DNA of 64,000 nucleotides from Octopus bimaculoides (taxonomy: Eukaryota): positions 54,825,913-54,889,912 of the forward strand of contig NC_068981.1 of NCBI RefSeq assembly GCF_001194135.2. The letters are read 5' to 3'. A program made the position numbers and the translations under genes. Shown piece after piece: positions 28,031 to 38,400 of this stretch. Below the pieces are notes generated by a model. The model was given only the letters and a program-made list of their open reading frames with translations. It was not told the DNA's origin and ran no database searches. The first letter of the stretch is position 1, and every line of letters begins with the position of its first letter.

Positions 28031-31000
28031 ATACATACTATAATACATTCTTGTTCTAGGGAGAGAATGCAGAGTCAGATGAACCAGTTTTAGAAATAGA
28101 AGGTAAGAATCTGTGAATTTCATTCATTAAATTTTTTCATATAGCTTGGCCTTATTTAATCTGTTTATTTATTTTAAATAGCCTTATATTTCAGAAGAAA
28201 GTGATTTTAAATCTTGTTAAAGGTGACTCTGTTTTTCATTCCTTGGGGTTGATAAATACTGGTTAAAATTTATAGTCATTTAAATCAACTATCATCAAGA
28301 TTATCATTATGAAAAACCGGGATGTTTATTACACTGTCTGACACAATAGTCAGTTCACTAACTGTCCTTTAATGACAACTGAATATACGGTATGAGTGTA
28401 TGTTTAATTGAATACAAGAGGAACAGCTGCTCTGGTAAAATTGCATTTACTGAGGGTTTCAAAGATACTGGTTTACCCTAGGGGATAAATTATGCTTGAT
28501 GTTGAAATGGTGGGTGTTATTCATACTGAAAGTTCTCTATGCACCTTATATGGGCTTAGTGAGCTCTTTGGTTGTTATTTGAGCCTTTCCTGGTGAGGCC
28601 TCATTTTTTATTGCTAAGCAAAACTTGGAATGTATTCTTGGATCTAAGCAAAATAGAAGCTAGTGTACAAAGAGTGAGATGTAAAAGTCTCTTATATTTG
28701 CTCTACTTCTTCCAACTGGATTTTTGCACAAAAACCAGTATGGACTTGGCCTAATAGAAAAAATGAATGACAAGTCTTACTTAGGTAGAATATTTGTTAG
28801 CTCAGCAGATGAAGAATTAGCCAGATATTGACAGTTCAAAGTAGTATTGTATTTGAACCACAAAATACTGATTAATGAAGTCAGACTAAACAAAGGTTTA
28901 TAAAAGGGATCCTAATTGTTGGAAATTAAATATGTCAATATTGGCGAGGGAAGAGTTTATAGACCAGCTGACAAACTTAAAACAAGAATTGACCAGAAGT
29001 AGTAATCATAATAATTAGTGGTGGCAAACTGGCAGAAATGTTAGCATGCTGGGCAGAATGCTTAGTGGCATTTTGTCCATCTTTACATTCTGAGTTCAAA
29101 TTCCACCGAGGTTGGTTTGCCTTTCGTCCTTTCGGGGTTGATAAAGTAAGTACCAGTTGAGTGCTGGGGTTGATCTAATCAACTTATCCCCACCCCTAAA
29201 TTGCTGGCCTTGTGCCAAAATTTGAAATAAAAAATTAGTGGTAGTGATACTTAAAAAAGAAAATTAAACTGATCTTCAGGAAATGAAAACAAAGTGATTA
29301 GAGAGATGAAGTAGAGCAAATGTAAGAAACTTTTACATCTCACTCTTTGTACACTAGCTTCTATTTTTCTTAGATTTGCATCCAGGAATACATTCCAATC
29401 TCTGTCTAGGAATGAAAAATAAGACATAAAATTTAACAACGACCAAAGAACTCACTAAGCCCATATAAGGTGCATAGAGAACTTTCAGTATGAATATTGG
29501 ATGACTGGAAGGTGTTGTTGACCATGGCATATGATGAAAAGTGAATTATTTGTTTTATATAACTGTTTATAAAGTCTCTAAAGAATGGTGGAATTGATGA
29601 ACAAACAATAGCATCTTTTTCTTTCAAGGCAAGAATGGTCATATTGTTGAAAAAGAATGTAAACAAGGGGGAGGTAATTGAAAACCTACTGGATACTGAC
29701 TTGAAAATTTGACAAAACTATTACAGAAATGATTAGCAGTTGTACTTTCTAAACTTATTAGTCTCGTGTAAACCCGTTTCTGTAAAAATTATACAAGATA
29801 ATCTCCGTTTGGATCAAAACAAGACTTCAGTGGGTTTCAATCAATTGAAAACAGTTAAATGAAACCTCAGGAAACAATTTAACTTTGTAGTACCGGATTG
29901 CAATGCTACACGAGAAAGCTTATGCATTAATTTCAATTAAATGAATTCAAAATTGAAAACCTGATTTGTCTAGGATGCCAGCATTATATGTACTGATGTT
30001 AGACCATTATTATATAGAGTGAAAGTATTAAGGAGATTCCCTTGTTTGGGTTACTATGTTAGAACTGATAAAACAGATGATATTACCATGGTAACATTTG
30101 CTTAGATATGGAATTTGTTAAATTAGAGGGACAAGAAAATGTAGTAAGAACAAAAATCAACCAGGTGTAGTTTTGGGGAATTTCTTTTAGGCACCTGGAG
30201 GAGAAACTCTGGACATTAAAAATATTTTCTAATGGATATAAAATAATCAAGCTGTTGTGAGGTTTGATTTGAGGCTGATCTCCAAGTGGACAAGACTTGG
30301 ATTAATGTATTGGGAAGAATTGCAGCTGGTTCATTGCTAGGCAAAAGGTACAAGTTTCATTAAAAGGTTAATCAAATTATACATTGTCAAAAATATATTT
30401 TTAAGTTCAATAGAACCAGAAAAACAATTGCATGATTTCTTTCTTCATAAAATTTTATTGTCTATGCTGTGTAGAAGCATCAAAAGACCAATAGACTAAT
30501 TTGCATTATAGATTTCTATTTTGATTTTTAATTTTAATTATATGTTTATTTATTTAATGAAAAATGCTAATTAGTATTTTTCTTCTCAGGTAATCTTCTA
30601 TCTGCAACAAACTTCCTTTTTAATCTAAATACGCCATCACCAATGCCTGCCTATTTGAATGTCCAGTATATCTGTGAAAGTGCTTCACGACTGCTGTTTC
30701 TCTCAATGCACTGGGTCCGCTCAATACCAGCTTTCCAACTCCTCAAGTAAGTTTCTATCCTTGGATTTCAAAAATAGTTGCTCATGTTTTAAATTACTCT
30801 TTCAACATATGAATTCTTAATTTAGTATGTGATAAAATGTGTGAAATAGGCTTGACATATCTTTAATATTTATAGTTTAAAGCCTGAACCCTTAATACAG
30901 GATATCATTACAGTTTCTTTACTTTTTGTTAGTTTCATCATTTTCGTAACTGAGTGTGATTTTACAACCCCAAAAACATTAGCCATGTTTTCAGTTTTAG

Positions 31001-34000
31001 GCAAAACTATTTAATACATTCATAATTTATATTACATGTGAGACCTTTTATAGCTCTAGATGACATAAGTTTACTGTCAGCTAATCTATAGCATCATCTC
31101 TCTCTCTTATATGTATATCATCAGTGGATCATATATCTGAAAGAGAATCATGCTCTAAAAGTTAGAGCAGTAATGTATTTACTGGAAGTAAATTATATGG
31201 CCAGTTGTAAAGTGACCAATGGTTTCGCATCCATAAAGTGCTGAGCCTTATAGATGACTTGTCAGACTCCAGTGGCTGTGGATATATAACCATTAGAGAC
31301 TGACAACTCATCTATAAGGCTAAGTGCTTTATGGATGCAAAATCATTGGTCACTATGACTGGCCATATAACTTAATTCCTATATTAATATCAAAAAGTAA
31401 TATCTCAAAAGTGAATATTCTGTTAGAATAAGCAATACTGTTGTAGTTACCATGGGAGAAATGTCCATATTGGTTTTTGGCACAAAATGCACTCTTGTAC
31501 TAGTGAGGAGATAAATCCCTGTCACCTCCAGCACTGAACTCACCAGATCACGTGATTTCAGCCTTCTGTGGCCTTGTCAATGATGGTTGCTCAACCAGTA
31601 TAGATAGCAGCAATTCATCTCTTCCAGCGATATATAGATTAACAGTGCCAAAATAGGTATTGATGTCATGATTACCAAGTGCGCTTGTTAAAAAATATTT
31701 ATTAGCAACACAAGCAGTATTAATTGACAACAAATGTTAAAGAGGAAGATAAAAAATTGCCCCATCAGCGAGAATGCCAGATGCATTTCAACCTTTTCAA
31801 TGATGTTTTAGTCAATTGCATACACCAGGTTTTTATTCAGCCCAGCAGCTGTATAAGTGAATGTATTGTTGACTGTTTCCTAAATGGGGAGTGACAGATC
31901 ATCCAAGCATATGGTTGGCTGTGTGTATAGGACATGTTCATTACAGATCTTATCTTAGGATAAATATAGCAGAAACTGGTTCATCCACAGTGTATATACA
32001 TTAAATAAGATGTGTAGTTGGCTATACATGAATACCCTTTTATATTTACATTTCCCATATCCCTCCATTTTTGGATCATTGATTATCATTTTATTACCTG
32101 AATTCCTTTTTTAAATATGCCATAGTTAATAACTTTTGTTTCACTAAATTGCATTTTTCTTTTACAAAAAAAAATTCATTTTTCATATAAACTTGAATAG
32201 AATCAAATTTTTCTTCTATTATTTTGTTTGCTTGGATTTTCATTCAGAGTCATTCATTGGAGGATCATACAGATAAATTTCCCCATTGATTAGCTGTTTT
32301 AAAATAACCCTTTCTTTATCATGAGTAACATTTTGAAAATAAATTGATTTAGAAATTGTCTTTACTTCTATTATTTAACTATTTCAGTGCAGATACTCAG
32401 ATGCTTCTTGTACGGAGTTGTTGGTGTGAAATGTTTGTACTTGGTCTTGCTCAATGTTCCCAAGCAATGTATCTGTCCACAATACTTGGAGCTATTCTAA
32501 ATCATCTACAATCACCATTGTCATTTGGTAAATATTAAAAAAAAAAATTGTTTTTCAGTTTTGATACTTTGATTTTTTTTAGCTTTATACTAACTTTAAC
32601 TTCCAATTTTTTTATGATGACATGGACTACAATACATTTTGTCGACTCATCTATGGAGCTTAGTAGTCTTAAATCTGAACTCATCACTTCCTCCCAATTC
32701 TTCTTTGAACTACCTCGACTACTGGTAACTTCTACCATCCTTTTACTTCGCTTTTTGATGCACTTCCTTGTCCATTTTTTTTGTTCTATCAAATAGTGTA
32801 GTTATCTTGCTCACATATTCTTCTAATACCCTCATAGCACAACTGTTTACTCAATTGATTTGTGGAGGATCTCTTTGACTCCCATGCCCACCTTTCCTTC
32901 ATTGGACACTGAACTCTGCTTGTGAAGACCTGTTGGGGCAAGTGAAATCGAAATCGTAATTGAACCAAATTCGATGACTGGCACCCGTGCCAGTGGAGCG
33001 CTAACAGCACTGTCCGAGCGTGATCATTGCCAGAGCAGCTGTCTGGCTTCCATGCTGGTGGCACATAAATAGCACCATTTGAGCGTGATCATTACCAGCA
33101 TCACCTTAATGGCACTTGTGCTGGTGGCACATGAAAAAAAATTTGAGCGAGGTCATTGCCAGTGCCACTGGACTGGCTCCTGTGCAGGTGGCATGTAAAA
33201 AACACCATTTGAGCATGACCGTTGCCAGTACCACGTGACTGGCCCTCGTGCCGGTGACACATAAAAGCACCCACTACACTCTCGGAGTGGTTGGTGTTAG
33301 GAAGGGCATCCAGCTGTAGAAACTCTGCAAGGTCGGATTGGAGCCTGGTGCAGCCATCTGGTTCGCCAGTCCTCNNNNNNNNNNTAGGAAGGGCATCCAG
33401 CTGTAGAAACTCTGCAAGGTCGGATTGGAGCCTGGTGCAGCCATCTGGTTCGCCAGTCCTCAGTCAAATCGTCCAACCCATGCTAGCATGGAAAGCGGAC
33501 GTTAAACGATGATGATGATTAGCTGTGGCTGTTTAGTCACTGACGCTTTGAATTGAGCCTGTGGAGACCTCTGAACAATTAATCATAAAGGATATAATTT
33601 GACACAGCTGGCTGAATATTCAGCCTGTTTTTTTGTGGCAATACTTTTTGGTGCTAGAGGCAAATATGCTTGCATGCACACACAGAAGTGAGAGAGATAA
33701 AGACATTACAATTTATCTATTGAACACAATTGATATAAAGACTTTCTCCTCTTAATACGCATAAAGAGGAACATACTCTCATACACAGAGAGGGAGACAG
33801 AAATTGAGAGAAACATTAAAATGTCTGATGCCTAGGAAAACAGCTTCAAATTAACTATGCAATATAGGCAGCTGTGCCAAAACGTCTCATAGCTAGATTT
33901 CCAGTGGATTATAATCAAGTTATGTCTTCAGTTTTAACCTATAGACAATGTCTTTGTATTCTTCAGTCATCTGTTGTTATTACCATAAAAACCCATGTAA

Positions 34001-35382
34001 TTTGCACATCTGTATAATTTGCGCAGGTGATTTTCAGGATAAAAATTGTTAAAAAAAAGCTTCTACTTGTGTAAAATTTGCACCCAAAAGTTTTCAAAGT
34101 TGCTGATATGGCTGAGGGAAAAGGTTTTCAATTTAGTTGTATTTAGCATAATTTCACTTATGATTAGATTTTATTAAATTTTCATTGACTGAAAATAATT
34201 TCTGCTTAACAGGTATCACATTGAAAGCTATTAAATTATGAAGTGTTTGTGCTGTTTATACTAAACTTTATTTTACATTTCTTGCCCACAAGAGATAATG
34301 CTCGATCTTTAGCATACTTCTGTATATCTTCTCATATCAGTTGTTTTCTTATCAACAAAAACCAAAGCTGATAAATATGCACAAGTGTTGCAAAATAAGC
34401 TCAATTACCAATAAACATCAGCTTGGATGACACTTTACTCAACCAACAGAGGAAAGTGACTGATCAAACTGATTATATAAACAGAATTCTTATTGGTTGA
34501 AAGTGTCTTGTCTCAAGCTCTGATTTTCTGCTTTCTTGTCGGAACTTTTGATACGGAATATCAAAATTTTAATCCCTTTCACACTTATAAAATGTCAAGT
34601 AAACTTAAAAATTTGTCATTACCATTTTAGCTAGGAGACCAAACCAAAAGTTTGGTAACCCACTAAAATAAACATTAAAAATCGAAAGGAGAAAATAAAC
34701 AGCTTTGCAAGTTTAACTCAGTGTTTATTGAACAAGAGAGGTGTGAAATTTAAGAGATATAAACAAGAATAGCAAAAATCTACTATATCAAAAGAACTGG
34801 TAATACATACATTACATGTGTTCTAGGAAGAGAACATAAGATTGCTGCATAATTTAACATGAATGTGAAATGACATTAAACATTGTAAAAGGTAAACGAA
34901 GGTTTCTGTAGGAACGCTAAATCATATTCACTTAGTGAGTTTACATGTGCAAGGACGAATTAGGTCATCGGCATTAGATACAGTAAAATATGGCCTGACT
35001 GATTACCAGCATGAACATCAAACTTCAAAAAGTAGTTAACCATTTCATGGTTTTAGTAAATTTATACAGAAAAAGTAAGCATTATACCATCCAGCATAAA
35101 TAAAAGTCAACTTCATTATATTTTTTCTGTAAAAATGTATTCTAACATTAAATGAGTCAACTTCTGGCACAAATGTTTACATTTCTACATCATTTTTCAA
35201 CAAAAAACAAAAAAATTTCTAAAAAATTCTGGAAACGATCTACTTATGTAATTTATGCACCCTCTTAAGTTTATTTCTGTTTTTGAGAAAAAGTGCATAA
35301 ATTACATGGGTTTTTACGTTACGCATAGAAACTGAAACTGTCAGTGTAATCTAATGATGCCCTTTTTTTTTTCATTACACAG

Positions 35383-35413
<31 letters not shown>

Positions 35414-38400
35414 TTTCATTCTTTTACTTGTTTCGGTCATTTTAGTTGCCATGCTGGAACACCACCTTGAAAGGTTTTTAATCAAAAAAAAATCAACCCC
35501 AGGACTTACTTGTTAAGCCTTATTCTATCAGTATCATTTGCCAAACTGCTAAGTTTTGGGGACATAAACACACCAACACCAGTTACCAAATAGTGATGGG
35601 GTTGGGGGATAAACACTGAAAGAAAGACACGTGCATAGAAATATACTTATGTTTTTATATATATATACGACAGGCTTCTTTCAGTTTCCATCTACCAAAT
35701 CCACAAGGCTTTGGTTGACCTGAGGCTATAGTAGAAGACACTTGCCCAAGTTACCACGCAGTGGGACTGAAGCTGGAACCATGTGGCTGGGAAGCAAGCT
35801 TCTTACCACACAGCCATGTCTGTACCATACACACACACACACCACAATGTTTTTATTGTTAGTGTGCTAATTTCAAAACTGATAATCAGAACCATTTTGC
35901 TCATGGGCAAATCATATTTTGCTTATCTTGATCTACTGTTGTTTGATTGTTATTAGGAAAGCATTCAAATGAGGAACAATATACAAATTTAAAAACAAAC
36001 AAAAAAAAATGCCAAGCATTGCTGAAATAGAAAAATGTTGTGAAAATTGTGCCATGCCCCTGTTTTAAGAGGTTAAAAGTGAGGAGATGAAAAGCAATAA
36101 TGAAAAGAGATAAAAAAAGAAACTTATGATGGTAAAAAATATTTGGAATATAGTTAGTCTCTCAAGTAATTTTAGTTCTAAGTTAGAACAAACCAATTCA
36201 AGTGAAAAGAAGTGGTAATAAATATTTCTAGTCTTAAGATGCTAAGATATATGAAGAATCATAGTGATATATGTAATCGGCTAAAGAATAATTTGATACT
36301 TGTTATGAAGCCAGAATGAAATGTTGCTGAGGTAAATTTTAGACTAAAATTCATATGCTAAGATTCTAGCCTTGAATATGAAGTTTCCTTTTTTGTTTTT
36401 GTTTTGTCATGTATCTAATATCTGGGTATAATGATACTGGTTAAATATCCTTAAAAGAACAAACTGCCATAGGACTGTTGCTGCTGTTATTGCTATGACA
36501 ACCATCATCTGTTGTTATGGGTTACTGCAATCTGCAAAAGATACTTAGTTCCTCTGTGGATATAATTAAATGATGAGGGAATTGCTTGATAGATAGGTTA
36601 AATCATGTGAATCATCACATTTAGCTGCATTTTTATTTATTCATTTTTTTGTTTTCATATGAAGCTCTTAATAAACGCCATTTCACTTCATTCGCATCAT
36701 TCTTTTAACAAAGACTATTCTGACCTCTAATAATAGTAGTTCTTAATTTAGTTTTGGGTTAATAACTTGAAAGAAAAAAGGACTTCCCTGAGGTTGATTT
36801 ATCTTTTTGACATATTGCACAAAAATTAACATTATTACTTTCAGAAAAATCACTTATCTACTTTTATCCATTCTAATTTGTGGTTTTGACAATTTTTCAG
36901 ATAAAAACAACAGTGAACGAGCCAAATTGGTCACAGAACACATAATTAAACTACAGAGTTATGTTCACACAATGGAGAATCTTCAAGTTAACAATACAGA
37001 ATATGCTTATTTAAAAGCCATGACATTATTTTGTCCTGGTCAGTCAAACATTTTTTTCAATATAAATTTCTTTAATTTCAAATATTTATTGGCATTAATA
37101 TGTTAATAAGCATTAAAGAGTTCATTACTCAATCAATTTGCTATTTAATTAATGTTAATTTATGCAGTATAACTACTGCAAAGCTTTCATGTTGATATTT
37201 CAGTTAATTAGCAGGGTAGTGAGTTGGCAGAATCATTACCATGCCAGGTAAAATTCTTAATGGCATTTTGCCCACCTTTATGCCCCAGGTTCAAATCCCA
37301 CCGAGATTGACTTTGCCTTTCATCCTTTCAGAGTCGCTAAAATAAGTACCAGTTGATAATGGGGCTTGATATAACCGACTTACCCTCTATACTGATTACC
37401 TTTCTCTCATAGCGGAATCACTACCAGAACTAGAGAAGAAATTTCAGGTATGGAAGCAAGGTTTAGAATCGAAGGGCCTTAGAGTCAATGTTGCAAAAAC
37501 CGAAGTCCTAGTAAGAAGGATGGTGAACAAATCACAAACCCCTTCAGGTAGATGGCCCTGCTCGATCTGTAGAAAAGGTGTAGGTGGAAACTCCATAAGA
37601 TGTACCCATAAGAGGTGCAGCAACATGAAAGGAAGGTTAACCGGGAAAATAGCTTTTGTGTGCGACAGATGCACAGGGGCAATAAACACTGCAGATGCTC
37701 AGAAAACTGATTCCATCACATGCCAGGGGAAGAAACTAGAAGTAGTTGATAGCTTCCGCTACCTAAGTGACCAAGTCTGTTGTAGGGGTAGATGCTCAGA
37801 GAGTATTGCCACTAGAATAAGAATAGCCTGGGCAAAGTTTAGAAAGCTCCTACCTCTTCTGATGACAAAGAGCCTCTCGCTCAGAGTGAAAGTTAGATTG
37901 TATAATGCATGTGTGCGAACTGCCATGCTACGCAGTAGTGAAACATGAGCTGTGACTGCTGAAGGCATGCGTAGGCTCGAAAGAAATGAAGCTAGTATGA
38001 TCCGCTGGATGTGTAATGTCAGTGTGCACACATGACACAGTGTAAGTACCCTGAGAGAAATGCTGGACATAAGAAGCATCATATGTGGTGTGCAAGAGAG
38101 ACGTTTGTGCTGGTATGGTCATGTGCTATGTATGGATGAGGAGAGCTGTGTGAAGAAATGTCACTCCTTAACGGTGGAAGGAACCCATGAAAGAGGGAGA
38201 CCCAGGAAGACATGGGATGAGGTGGCGAAGCATGACCTTTGAACGTTAGGCCTCACAGAGGCAATGACAAAAGACCGAGACCTCTGGAGANNNNNNNNNN
38301 GTGTGCGAACTGCCATGCTACGCAGTAGTGAAACATGAGCTGTGACTGCTGAAGGCATGCGTAGGCTCGAAAGAAATGAAGCTAGTATGATCCGCTGGAT

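Noticed and set aside
32980-33275. CRISPR-like repeat array
   Set aside because: The units are contiguous and divergent with no unique spacers, no cas genes are present, the context is eukaryotic, and they are part of an RTE 3'UTR.
33298-33461. Apparent 77-bp tandem duplication in the RTE tail
   Set aside because: Identical copies either side of a ten-N gap; assembly artefact.
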